Source: Candidatus Levyibacteriota bacterium
GTDB lineage: Bacteria > Patescibacteriota > Microgenomatia > Levybacterales > UBA12049
DNA length: 64,000 nt
NCBI GenBank assembly: GCA_963722305.1
Contig: CAVRKE010000001.1
Location: 309,549 to 373,548, forward strand
Direction of reading: 5' to 3'
The translations under genes were made by a program, and so were the position numbers. Below, one piece after another: positions 10,453 through 19,380 of the stretch. Below the pieces are notes generated by a model. The model saw nothing but the letters and a program-made list of their open reading frames with translations. It was not told the DNA's origin and made no database searches. Within the stretch, counting starts at the first letter, position 1, and each line of letters opens with the position of its first letter.

Positions 10453-11133
10453 ATGAAGATTTCGATAATTACGCTTTTCCCCGAAATGTTTGAAAGCCCC
10501 TTTGACTCTTCAATTATCAAAAGAGCAATTGATAAAAAACTGATTGAAATTGAATTTATCGATTTGAGAAGTTTCGGCTTGGGGAAACATCAGCTGGTTG
10601 ACGATACGCCATACGGCGGGGGAATGGGCATGATTTTAAGAGTCGACGTTTTAGAAAAAGCCATTGCAGCGGCAAAAGACAAAACTTTAAACTCAAATAA
10701 GCAAAAAGTAGTCCTTTTAAGCGCACACGGGAAAAAGTTTGAGCAGAAAGTTGCCAAAAGTTTTTCCAGGCTCGAACATTTAATCTTGGTTTGCGGTCAT
10801 TACGAGGGATTTGACGAAAGGGTAAAGAATTTTGTTGACGCGGAAATTTCTGTCGGGGATTTTGTTTTAACCGGCGGGGAGATACCGGCAATGTTAATTA
10901 CCGATAGTGTGGCCAGGCTGGTTGAAGGAGTAATTAAAGAAGACTCCGCTAACTTTGAATCCTTTTCGCCTTACCTTGAATATTCGCAATATACTAAACC
11001 GCAGGATTATAAAGGACTAAAGGTTCCAGGAGTACTGCTTTCCGGAAACCACCAGGAAATCGAAAAATGGAAAAAAGAGCAAAGTCTGAAAATTACCGCA
11101 AAGCTTAGACCCGACCTTTTAAAAAAGTCTTAG
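10453..11133 (+). CDS. trmD: tRNA (guanine37-N1)-methyltransferase
   Basis: MKISIITLFPEMF... N-terminus; a SPOUT-fold motif region (GGE...). Confidence 0.85.
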   Translation: MKISIITLFPEMFESPFDSSIIKRAIDKKLIEIEFIDLRSFGLGKHQLVDDTPYGGGMGMILRVDVLEKAIAAAKDKTLNSNKQKVVLLSAHGKKFEQKVAKSFSRLEHLILVCGHYEGFDERVKNFVDAEISVGDFVLTGGEIPAMLITDSVARLVEGVIKEDSANFESFSPYLEYSQYTKPQDYKGLKVPGVLLSGNHQEIEKWKKEQSLKITAKLRPDLLKKS

Positions 11134-11894
11134 AAAGGCGAAGAACCGCTTCTTATCACTGACGCTCCGGACGCCGTGGGAGAAGAAGACAACGCGGTAG
11201 GTATTAGTGGCAGCGCTACCTGAGCTTGGGCATTATTCCAGGAAGAAACAGTTTTTATCAGCGCTAAATCTTTATCGGAAAGAGCAGCTATCGGAAGCGT
11301 GTCATCAACATTTTGTGCAACAAGAGGTTTGTAGTAAAAAAATACCGTAATATCGCCTGCACCACTGTTTATTGTGATATCGGTTACTTCTGAAGCAGGC
11401 GCTGTTTTATAAAGCTCGGTAATAAATTGCATCATCGATTTAAAGTCACCGCTTAAGTTAATATCTATTTTAATCGATGGCGAAGCTGATACCCCGCCCT
11501 GCGTTGCACCAGACAGATTGCCAACGGAAAATTCAAAATCTCCGACCGAAACTCCTGTTTTGGCTGAAGCGTAGGAAATGGCATTGACAATTCCCGCAAA
11601 ATCCTTATCTGAGGGAAGAACAACAGACAAGGTTTTAAGATCTGCATTAGATTGTGAATCATCAAGATTTAGCAAAAAATTATAATTGTTTTTTAATACC
11701 TGCAGTTTTTGTGCCTCATCATTCAACTCTCGCGAAGAGATGAAATATTGCTGAAACTGGGGAATAATAATCAGCAGTAAAATTACAATACTGGCTAGAA
11801 TTATTCCAACAGGCAACAAATAGTCTTTGTAATGCCTGTATAAGGTTAACAAATTATTAAATTCGAAACTAGTTTTTTTGTTTTCAGGTTCCAT
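11130..11894 (-). CDS. Type IV pilus assembly protein, PilO-like
   Basis: Single N-terminal TM, a coiled-coil segment, and a position after pilM-pilN. Confidence 0.5.
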   Translation of the reverse strand: MEPENKKTSFEFNNLLTLYRHYKDYLLPVGIILASIVILLLIIIPQFQQYFISSRELNDEAQKLQVLKNNYNFLLNLDDSQSNADLKTLSVVLPSDKDFAGIVNAISYASAKTGVSVGDFEFSVGNLSGATQGGVSASPSIKIDINLSGDFKSMMQFITELYKTAPASEVTDITINSGAGDITVFFYYKPLVAQNVDDTLPIAALSDKDLALIKTVSSWNNAQAQVALPLIPTALSSSPTASGASVIRSGSSPF

Positions 11895-12435
11895 TTTGTG
11901 CTTTAACTATATCCGCCTCTAGGTGCAATGTGTAACTTCCGCTGGGATCTACAGACAGCCCCTGAATTACAATATTCTTAATTACTTTTCCTTGATTGCC
12001 AAGAGCAACGATGTCGTCAATAAACTTATTTATCGACACCAAAGACAATCCCGAAACGGACATATCCATCTTGCCTGTTACCACCGACAGCTCGCCTACC
12101 GACAAATCGGCCGGAACCTTGCTCAGGACTTGATTTATTTGCGGAATATAATTATCTCTTTGCGAAATTATATTGGAAATGTTGTTTACTCTGTCATTTA
12201 TTGATGCGTAAGTATAGAGCTTATTCTGCAAAAGAGAAAGTCCTGCTTTGGTCATCTGTTCATCCTTTCTGACCGAATCAAAAGGCAGCGTAACGTTTAA
12301 AATAAAAATCATTATTGCGATTAGAGCAACAACAAATAAGCTTATTACAGCTAATACTCTCACTATTCTTAACCGTCTTAATTCCTTTTCCAGTGCAGTA
12401 TTTTTATTGGAAATAAGATTAATATCGCTATTCAT
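11884..12435 (-). CDS. Type IV pilus assembly protein PilN-like
   Basis: Short cytoplasmic N-terminus (INLI...), a single TM, and a periplasmic domain; overlaps pilM and pilO as in pilMNO operons. Confidence 0.6.
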   Translation of the reverse strand: MNSDINLISNKNTALEKELRRLRIVRVLAVISLFVVALIAIMIFILNVTLPFDSVRKDEQMTKAGLSLLQNKLYTYASINDRVNNISNIISQRDNYIPQINQVLSKVPADLSVGELSVVTGKMDMSVSGLSLVSINKFIDDIVALGNQGKVIKNIVIQGLSVDPSGSYTLHLEADIVKAQNGT

Positions 12436-13468
12436 AGTCTTTCATTGCCAGCCCAACCGCAATGGTATAATCTGAGGCATTATCGAGTATGGTCTTGGGC
12501 ATCTGCTGAGACGCCAGCACTTTCCAGGGATTGGCGATGGCAGTTTCCAAACCGGAATTATTGGCAAAAAATATTTCAATTCCCGGAAGTTTAGCCGTAC
12601 CTCCCGATAAAATAATTTGTCTGATCGGGGCATCCTCTTTATATTTTTGTGAGTAGAAGGCAATCGACTTTTTAATTTCTCCCAAAATTGAATTGAGGAT
12701 TGGCTCGGTCGCTTTGCCAATTTTACCCCCTAAACTTTTACCGGAAATTCCGTAAACTCTTTTGTATTCTTCCGCTTGCTGTGGAGTTAAACCAAAGTCC
12801 GTCGCAATCGCCCTGTTTATTGCCGCACCGCCGATAGACATTGAATAGGTAAAAACCATGGCACCGCTTCTGACAATGGCAAAAGAGGTACTGATTGCAC
12901 CAATATTAACCACTAAACTGGTAGGGAAGCTGTCATCCAAAACCAATGACCTGATGGTGGCCAAAATTTCTGTTTCCATGGCGTTGACTTGGAAACCGGC
13001 TAAAGCGATTATTTTCTGGTATTTATTGATGAGCATGGTCGGCGCACCAACCATGAGGACTTGCATCTTATCGCCCTGGGCAACGTTAGCAGGTCTTTTC
13101 AAGACATTCCAGACTAGACTAATATTCGATAAAGGAACAGGAATATATTGTTCCGCTTCCCAGTAAATAGCCGACGCCAACTCTCTGTCCGATAAAACCG
13201 GCATATCCAAAACTTTAGTATAAACCTGATTTTCCGGCAAAGCGACATTTACCAATTTTGTTTCCGCTCCGGAGTCTTTAACCGCTTTGGCAATTGCCTG
13301 AGCCATTTCTTCTTCGTCCAACGGCGATTCCGACATCATCCCTTTTGCAGGCACAGGAGTAATCGAGGCAGCCTTTAACATAAAGGCACCCTTCTTACCG
13401 TCAAGAATAACCAATTTAATTGATGTCGCGCCAATATCGAGACCTAAAGCTTTTTTATTCATCTGCAA
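12428..13468 (-). CDS. pilM: Type IV pilus assembly protein PilM (actin-like ATPase fold)
   Basis: ALGLDIGATSIKLV N-terminus; the length and motifs are typical of PilM. Confidence 0.8.
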   Translation of the reverse strand: MQMNKKALGLDIGATSIKLVILDGKKGAFMLKAASITPVPAKGMMSESPLDEEEMAQAIAKAVKDSGAETKLVNVALPENQVYTKVLDMPVLSDRELASAIYWEAEQYIPVPLSNISLVWNVLKRPANVAQGDKMQVLMVGAPTMLINKYQKIIALAGFQVNAMETEILATIRSLVLDDSFPTSLVVNIGAISTSFAIVRSGAMVFTYSMSIGGAAINRAIATDFGLTPQQAEEYKRVYGISGKSLGGKIGKATEPILNSILGEIKKSIAFYSQKYKEDAPIRQIILSGGTAKLPGIEIFFANNSGLETAIANPWKVLASQQMPKTILDNASDYTIAVGLAMKDYE

Positions 13469-13474
13469 CCTAAA

Positions 13475-14383
13475 CTATGGCGAAAAAACCGTGTAAGGAA
13501 AAAGTTCGGCAGGAATTTGCGGAAAACCTTGAAATGCGGTGACTTTTCTTTGGATGTTGTTATTGTCGGCTGAGCCAACCGAAGAAATATTAGTTCCCTG
13601 ATCGGGAAGGTTCGGATCGGCAGGACCACTTTTTGAAGCGGCAATATACGAATCCGAATAAAGCGGATTAACGCTTACCAATAAGGCATTCGTCAAAGAT
13701 AGCGTTGTCTTAAATACTAGAGTAATCCCGTTGCCGACCGGATACGAGCCCAGACTAACTTTACTGCTGTCAAAACCATTGCCCCTAGCCGAAGCACAAA
13801 AATCCTCAGCGTATCTATCCAGATCGAGCTTATTCGGCGTTACGGTTGTGTCTTTGCTGATTACTGACACTTCAATGGCCGTATCCTTCGTTGCGCTCCC
13901 GCAGCCATCGTTAGAATCTCCCCAATAGATGGTTAAACTACCGGTCCAACTGCTGGCGCTTGTCCAGGAACCGACATCGGAAAAATTACTTACTTTAATA
14001 TCAGCAGGATTATCTTTTGAGACATAGCTTTGCGTATTTCCGGATTGCACTAAAAATGTGGTGCCACCGGAAACTTGAGAAATAGTAGTAGTATATTGAA
14101 TATTCGCATTACTATTTAGAGCGACGTTATTGAAGTTGGTTACGTTCGGGTTTACTCTTGTCATTGCCTGCTGTATGCCCGCTTCCGCCGCCGACAGGGC
14201 TTTTTGTGAGTTTACCTGTTCTTGTGAAGTCTTTAAATTAGTAATCGACCTTGAAGCTACCGATAGACCCACGGTCAACGCCACCACCATCACTAAAACG
14301 ACTATTAACAGCGCTTGGCCGTTTTGCTTTTTGAATATAACCATACCTAATATAGAGTAGCAGTAATTTTTAAGCTTTGTCAA
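13475..14383 (-). CDS. PilX N-terminal domain-like minor pilus protein
   Basis: QNGQALLIVVLVMVVALTVGLSVASRS resembles the PilX_N hydrophobic N-terminal segment; Ser/Thr/Asn-rich extracellular part. Confidence 0.5.
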   Translation of the reverse strand: MTKLKNYCYSILGMVIFKKQNGQALLIVVLVMVVALTVGLSVASRSITNLKTSQEQVNSQKALSAAEAGIQQAMTRVNPNVTNFNNVALNSNANIQYTTTISQVSGGTTFLVQSGNTQSYVSKDNPADIKVSNFSDVGSWTSASSWTGSLTIYWGDSNDGCGSATKDTAIEVSVISKDTTVTPNKLDLDRYAEDFCASARGNGFDSSKVSLGSYPVGNGITLVFKTTLSLTNALLVSVNPLYSDSYIAASKSGPADPNLPDQGTNISSVGSADNNNIQRKVTAFQGFPQIPAELFPYTVFSP

Positions 14384-14387
14384 CTTA

Positions 14388-14993
14388 TTAAAGATTATTT
14401 CTTAAAGTCACCGACGTCTGAAAATTTATCTGCGTTTGCTTCTCTATAACGGGTGTGATGCCCGGAGTAGTCGGTTTAGGGCTCAAGTCAAAGTTTATAT
14501 CAATGGTTGGCGGCATACCAGCGTTCGGCTGTTCGCAGGTAAAATAACAATTCGTCACTGTTGTTGTACTTGTGTTAATTAAATCGATTATCGAGGCGGA
14601 CTGGGAAGCAATCGGGTCTGGGTTTGCCGGATCGCAAATAAAAGTTGTCAGATTCTGATCAAATGATTCGATTCTCAGATAATGATACTGATGGGATCCG
14701 CTGGAAACACAACTTGTCGTATAGGTTGTTGGGTCAGTAAAACTGTCGGTATCGTTTATCCCGACAAAACTTTGTGCATAAGCAATCATTTTTGACATTT
14801 GGGAAATTGCATAATTCCCATTCTGTCTGACATCATTTGTCGACACACTTCTACTGCCACTCCTTAAAGCGGAAACTAAAATCGCAGTGATAATCGTACC
14901 AACCGCAACGAGAATAATCATTACCGCCAACAGCTCAATAAGAGTATAACCTTTATCCTTTTCTTGATTATTGTTTATTGGTTTTTGTCTCAT
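14388..14993 (-). CDS. Prepilin-type N-terminal cleavage/methylation domain protein (minor pilin)
   Basis: Leader ending ...KDKG followed by YTLIELLAVMIIL (class III signal peptide). Confidence 0.7.
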   Translation of the reverse strand: MRQKPINNNQEKDKGYTLIELLAVMIILVAVGTIITAILVSALRSGSRSVSTNDVRQNGNYAISQMSKMIAYAQSFVGINDTDSFTDPTTYTTSCVSSGSHQYHYLRIESFDQNLTTFICDPANPDPIASQSASIIDLINTSTTTVTNCYFTCEQPNAGMPPTIDINFDLSPKPTTPGITPVIEKQTQINFQTSVTLRNNL

Positions 14994-15529
14994 GGTGTCG
15001 GCACTGCATTAACATTGGCAAAACACGAATCAAGAGTGACATTGTGGCAATAATGATTACTGTCTGTAACAAGGGAAGGGCATTTTCCATCAGTCCAAGA
15101 AACCTTAACGGTGGCTTTGACATTCCCGTTGCAGGCAATATTGTCATTCGGTGGAGTCGGTGTTACATAGAGAACTTTCAAAAGAATCACTTCCCTGACA
15201 AAAAAAGGGTTGCCTTTTTCATTGTTGATGTTTTGGTTACAGACAAAATTTGTGGCTTGGGAAAAAGTGTTGCTCTGGTCAAGACACCAATAGCTATTGT
15301 TTGATGCGGAACTTCCGGCTCTTGCGTATAATGTAGTCCATGTTTGCGCTTCTCCTCTTATTATTTCCATTCCTTGCTGGGCGTACTGAGTTGCTAAATT
15401 TTGATATTTACTAAAATCCGCATTATTTACAGCTGAAATTGCCGCCACTGTGATGGCGGAAACGATGACGGCTGCCGCCCCTAAAGCGATTAGCGCTTCC
15501 ACCAAACTTTGTCCTATTTGGTTTTTCAT
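14990..15529 (-). CDS. Pilin-like protein with an atypical N-terminus (G/QSLVEALIAL)
   Basis: Short leader MKNQIG followed by a hydrophobic helix with E at +5; Cys pairs in the C-terminal domain. Confidence 0.5.
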   Translation of the reverse strand: MKNQIGQSLVEALIALGAAAVIVSAITVAAISAVNNADFSKYQNLATQYAQQGMEIIRGEAQTWTTLYARAGSSASNNSYWCLDQSNTFSQATNFVCNQNINNEKGNPFFVREVILLKVLYVTPTPPNDNIACNGNVKATVKVSWTDGKCPSLVTDSNHYCHNVTLDSCFANVNAVPTP

Positions 15530-16068
15530 TGGCTGATATTTCCTCCACTATCAACTGCTATCGTTTTTGTCGGATTCGGTGTGGTAAAAGTGCTATAGAT
15601 TACAATATTACCGCTTCCCACAACTCCACCGGTAAGAACTGGGAAAAACACATCTGTAGTGGTAGTGTTGGTTGAATCGAAATAAACACTTTTGGGCAAT
15701 GTTGTTTGAAAGGTGGTATGGGGCGATTCTGTCCCGGAGCACATAATGTAAAAGTAATAATAATTAGAGCCGGGAGGGGTAACCTCAACAATTTTTATTC
15801 CGTATCCGCCAAACGATTGGCCGACGTTGCAAGCTAAGTTATTTTCCGGATAAACCTTAACCTGTGCACCCGACAAAGATTTTGCCGTATTTAGCGCCGT
15901 TAGCAAGTCATTTTCTGCCTGCTGTAAAGTTTGAGTCTGACTGTAACTAACAAATGACGCCACGCCAATCGTTGAAATTGTCGCAATTATGGAAAAAACA
16001 ACTACCAGCTCAAGTAAGGTAAAACCCTTTGGCTGGCGTAGCAAACGGGCAGAGAAATGGTATTTCAT
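15526..16068 (-). CDS. Prepilin-type pilin (G/FTLLELVVVF)
   Basis: Class III signal peptide with a conserved Glu at +5. Confidence 0.7.
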   Translation of the reverse strand: MKYHFSARLLRQPKGFTLLELVVVFSIIATISTIGVASFVSYSQTQTLQQAENDLLTALNTAKSLSGAQVKVYPENNLACNVGQSFGGYGIKIVEVTPPGSNYYYFYIMCSGTESPHTTFQTTLPKSVYFDSTNTTTTDVFFPVLTGGVVGSGNIVIYSTFTTPNPTKTIAVDSGGNISQ

Positions 16069-16538
16069 GGGTTGGTTACTTTGTAATAATACTTGGTTGA
16101 GCAGCTGGCGGCGCCATTACAAGTACCGTCATTGTTCACGCCCTGGCTATCGGCCGTGTTTTCCAAACAAGCACAGAGTGTATAGGTTGAACCTCCACCG
16201 AAGTAATAATATGCGCCTCCATTATAATTACTGGCCACATTACCGTTTGGGTCACAGGGAATTGTTTGCATATAGACCGTAGTGCCACTACTTAAAGACA
16301 CTCCGCAACCGGCCGGATAATTTGTCCCGCTGGTAGGATATTGCCCATTGTCTGAACGGTAAATTTCCAGAGCCGCCTGAATTTGCCTGATATCCGATTT
16401 TCTTTGCGCATCCCTGGCTCTTTGCCTGACCCCGATAAAGTTGACCATTAAAAGCGTGGCTAAAACTCCGATAATGGCAATGACGATGAGCAATTCGATG
16501 AGCGTAAAACCCTTCACTGAATTTTTAATTTTTTTCAT
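16065..16538 (-). CDS. Type IV pilin / pseudopilin
   Basis: MKKIKNSVKG/FTLIELLIVIAIIGVLA... is canonical; C-terminal Cys. Confidence 0.75.
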   Translation of the reverse strand: MKKIKNSVKGFTLIELLIVIAIIGVLATLLMVNFIGVRQRARDAQRKSDIRQIQAALEIYRSDNGQYPTSGTNYPAGCGVSLSSGTTVYMQTIPCDPNGNVASNYNGGAYYYFGGGSTYTLCACLENTADSQGVNNDGTCNGAASCSTKYYYKVTNP

Positions 16539-17113
16539 GGCGACTGATTTGGGCTACAAATTCCGAAATTACAGACTGTTCCTGATCCGCTGCCACATGT
16601 TGCTCCCGACGGTCGATTGGGACAGGCTGCGCCTTTATTGCAAGTGGCCGGATCACTTCCCCTATCTAGACTAGCATAAAGACAATATCCCTGTCCATTA
16701 GCCGAATAATAAACGTAGGCCTTGGTTGGAGACGCCGGGTCTTTAGGCAATATGTTTATGTATGGTTGCCAGCTTGTTCCCCAGGCCATGTTACAAGGAG
16801 CGGAAGGACATGAGGTGTTATTTAGCGCATTGATAATTAAAAAGTTATTTGTACTGGCCGGATATCGTCCCGCATCTTGGTAGTAAGTTTCTAAAGCTCT
16901 CTGGATTTGAGCCAGGTCGGATTTTCGCCGGCTGTCGTTGGCTTTTTGGAATTGGGCTAAAGGGTCTAAAGCAGCAATAGTAATGGTAGCCATAACGCCT
17001 ATAATTGCCACTACAAGAATCATTTCTATCAAAGTAAAACCTGTCTTAATTTTTATCTTCATCATTATTTTAAGGCTGGCATGGGACAAAACATGTATTA
17101 CCATTTCCGCCAT
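16535..17113 (-). CDS. Type IV pilin; the true start is probably the internal ATG at 17062 (leader MKIKIKTG/FTLIEM)
   Basis: GFTLIEMILVVAIIGVMA motif; a Cys-rich C-terminal domain. Confidence 0.7.
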   Translation of the reverse strand: MAEMVIHVLSHASLKIMMKIKIKTGFTLIEMILVVAIIGVMATITIAALDPLAQFQKANDSRRKSDLAQIQRALETYYQDAGRYPASTNNFLIINALNNTSCPSAPCNMAWGTSWQPYINILPKDPASPTKAYVYYSANGQGYCLYASLDRGSDPATCNKGAACPNRPSGATCGSGSGTVCNFGICSPNQSP

Positions 17114-18023
17114 CTCTTATGCAATATGAACCGTTTCCGGGTCCTTCGTCTTCACAGTAAGTGCCTGGGTTACCGGGAATTTGTGGTGCATATCTTGCAT
17201 CATGGCAATAACAGCCGGGGGGAGTAGGCGTAGGATTACCGCCACCAGCTCCGCCACCTCCGCCAGCACCAGGGCTACCAGTGGGGGTGCCTCCGCCGCC
17301 GCCTGCAGGAGCACCACCTCCACCGCCTGAGGATTCAGACGGACCGGAAGGCACAGGTGTGAAACTTAGAGTGATATTACATTTTACCTCACCGGAGATA
17401 ACACAATAATTATAACCGCTCGGATTATTGCTGGGGAAACAGGATGACGAGCCGGAACCAAGTTGTTTCAAAGGACAGGCAGTTGAGAAATTAGAAGTTT
17501 TTACCACTTTTGCGTAAAGCACGTTCCACTGCGGACAACTTGAATCCACCGTATCCGGCTCATAGGCATAATTGGCCGAGCCGCCGAGCGACGGATCGCC
17601 GGGCACCTTTTCCATATAAACCGTGCCGTTGCTGCCTACCCAGGCAGTTCCGCTGTCCGGAAGGCTTTGCGGATAACAACCGGTATCGTTGTAATAAGTA
17701 TCAAGAGCGGTTTGCAACTGTTTTAAGTCCTGTCCACGCTGTGCATCCTCGCCTTTTTGGATTTGGGCTACCGGATTTAACGCGATAAGTATCACCGTTG
17801 TTAATATCCCCAGAATGATAAGCGTCACTAACAGCTCAATGAGGGTAAAACCAAACGGCGATTGAAAATTGAAAATTGAAAATTGAAAATTGTTTTTTAG
17901 CCGCCTAACAAACGAAGTACTTGGGAATAAATTAAATTTCCCCAAAAAAGACTGATGACGGCGCCCAAAACTAAGAATGGGCCAAAAGGAAGAGTGGCAT
18001 TTCTGAAACTTTTTTTCTTCCAT
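17070..18023 (-). CDS. Large pilin-like protein with a Gly-rich low-complexity linker and a Cys-rich C-terminal domain; start uncertain
   Basis: G/FTLIELLVTLIIL at residues 58-70; the ORF from the ATG at 18023 overlaps the pilD 3' end by 126 nt and contains the (ATTGAAA)4 tract; no canonical start codon between the pilD stop and the cleavage site. Confidence 0.6.
   Translation of the reverse strand: MEEKKFQKCHSSFWPILSFGRRHQSFLGKFNLFPSTSFVRRLKNNFQFSIFNFQSPFGFTLIELLVTLIILGILTTVILIALNPVAQIQKGEDAQRGQDLKQLQTALDTYYNDTGCYPQSLPDSGTAWVGSNGTVYMEKVPGDPSLGGSANYAYEPDTVDSSCPQWNVLYAKVVKTSNFSTACPLKQLGSGSSSCFPSNNPSGYNYCVISGEVKCNITLSFTPVPSGPSESSGGGGGAPAGGGGGTPTGSPGAGGGGGAGGGNPTPTPPGCYCHDARYAPQIPGNPGTYCEDEGPGNGSYCIRDGGNGNTCFVPCQP
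17861..17892. repeat. Heptanucleotide tandem repeat (ATTGAAA)x4 plus a partial unit, in the pilD-pilin junction/leader
   Basis: Units at 17861-17867, 17868-17874, 17875-17881 and 17882-17888, then ATTG; the unit length is not a multiple of 3. Confidence 0.9.
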
Positions 18024-18712
18024 ATAATTAGTATGATACCCATTAGTGCTCCTGTCAAGAAAGCCAAGTACAGGCTAACAATTATCTTCGGAAAGCCTAA
18101 GAAAAGTCCTAATAAAAAGGCCAGTTTGATGTCTCCGCCGCCCATTGCTTGTTTTTTAGTCAGGAGAGAAAATACCAGCGAAATAATCACAAAGAACAAA
18201 AATGCGCCAATTCCGGAAAGAAGATTAATGATTAAAGATTGTTGATTAAAGAATAAAAGATAACCTAGGGTAACTATCGCGGCGGGGAAGAGGATTTTGT
18301 CCGGAATAATGCCTGATTTTAGGTCGGTGAAAAAAATGACGATAAAGGATGAAATTACCAAAAGATAGTAAAATAAAGTGATTAATGATAATGGATTAAT
18401 GATTAATGAACTAAAATCTGTAATCTGTAATCTGTAATCTGTAATCATCAAGTAAGTCAGCGCAAACATTATTCCTGTTGTAATCTCTATTGTTGGATAA
18501 AAAAGTGGCAGTTGATGTTTGCAATACCGGCACCTGCCTCTTAATAAAACGAAGGAAAGTAGGGGAAGCAGGTCATACCAGCGAAGATTTTTTTGGCAAA
18601 ATTCACAATGCGAGTGGCCTTTAACCACCGTTTCGTTCCGCGGAATTCGGTCAGTTAGAACCCCCAAAAAAGAACCGACAAATAATCCTATCAGCAGCAA
18701 AAATAAAATCAT
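17897..18712 (-). CDS. pilD: Prepilin peptidase (A24 family)
   Basis: N-terminal CxxC...CxxC zinc-binding motif; multiple TM segments; GGGD(IK) catalytic region. Confidence 0.85.
   Translation of the reverse strand: MILFLLLIGLFVGSFLGVLTDRIPRNETVVKGHSHCEFCQKNLRWYDLLPLLSFVLLRGRCRYCKHQLPLFYPTIEITTGIMFALTYLMITDYRLQITDFSSLIINPLSLITLFYYLLVISSFIVIFFTDLKSGIIPDKILFPAAIVTLGYLLFFNQQSLIINLLSGIGAFLFFVIISLVFSLLTKKQAMGGGDIKLAFLLGLFLGFPKIIVSLYLAFLTGALMGIILIIWKKKSFRNATLPFGPFLVLGAVISLFWGNLIYSQVLRLLGG
18418..18445. repeat. Heptanucleotide tandem repeat (CTGTAAT)x4 inside the pilD coding sequence (encodes ITDYRLQITDF)
   Basis: Four perfect 7-nt units at 18418-18445; adjacent ATTAATG near-repeats at 18381-18408. 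Confidence 0.9.
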
Positions 18713-18746
18713 TAAATTAAGTATAGCAAATTAGTCACGTGGAAGA

Positions 18747-19325
18747 TTAGGAGTGTGTCGATGTACACCAGAAGCACCCGTCGCCGTTGTGACCTGCGCT
18801 GGAAGGTACTCCATTAGTAAACACGCAAAGATGTGTTGTCCCAGCAGTACCGTCTGATTTAAGCAATGCTATTTTTTGCTGGGATTTTGACTGAGGCTGG
18901 AAACAGGCAATGACATCGTTATTTACTGCATCATAAGTGACATAAATGTCCTGCAAATCATTTTTATCCTGTGCAAACGCCTGTTTCAACTCGTTTTCAG
19001 CAGTCAATGCGGTTACGCACGTTGCCATGCCTGGTGCTGGATCTAAAAGATTGACCGCTCCAGTGGGTGGAGTTCCACCATTGCAGCTAGCTCCGTTAGT
19101 ATCCCACGGAAAAGCATTGTGAGTAGCGTAATACCTTAATAAGGCATCGTTGAATTCAACTGCAGTATTTTTAGTGTTGGAATCGGCGGCTTTTTTAATT
19201 TGTTCAAACGGATCAATCGTGGCGACTAAGGCGGCGGCTAAAACTCCGAGGATACCGATGACGACCAACAGTTCAATCAGGGTAAAACCGCTGTTTTTCT
19301 TGAATAACTTAAGAAAACTTCTCAT
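18747..19325 (-). CDS. Type IV pilin (major pilin candidate)
   Basis: MRSFLKLFKKNSG/FTLIELLVVIGILGVLAAA; located between pilC and pilD; two Cys pairs. Confidence 0.75.
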   Translation of the reverse strand: MRSFLKLFKKNSGFTLIELLVVIGILGVLAAALVATIDPFEQIKKAADSNTKNTAVEFNDALLRYYATHNAFPWDTNGASCNGGTPPTGAVNLLDPAPGMATCVTALTAENELKQAFAQDKNDLQDIYVTYDAVNNDVIACFQPQSKSQQKIALLKSDGTAGTTHLCVFTNGVPSSAGHNGDGCFWCTSTHS

Positions 19326-19380
19326 CTATATATTAATATTACTCACATCCGAAAAAGTTTGTCAAGCCCCCAGTTTAAAG

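Noticed and set aside
13459-13644. 61-aa minus-strand ORF overlapping the PilX-like gene and pilM junction
   Set aside because: Fully embedded in and overlapping better-supported genes, with no RBS. It is an ORF-finder artefact, like the many 60-110 aa antisense ORFs inside pheT, the PBP gene, recG, pilB, gyrB and others.
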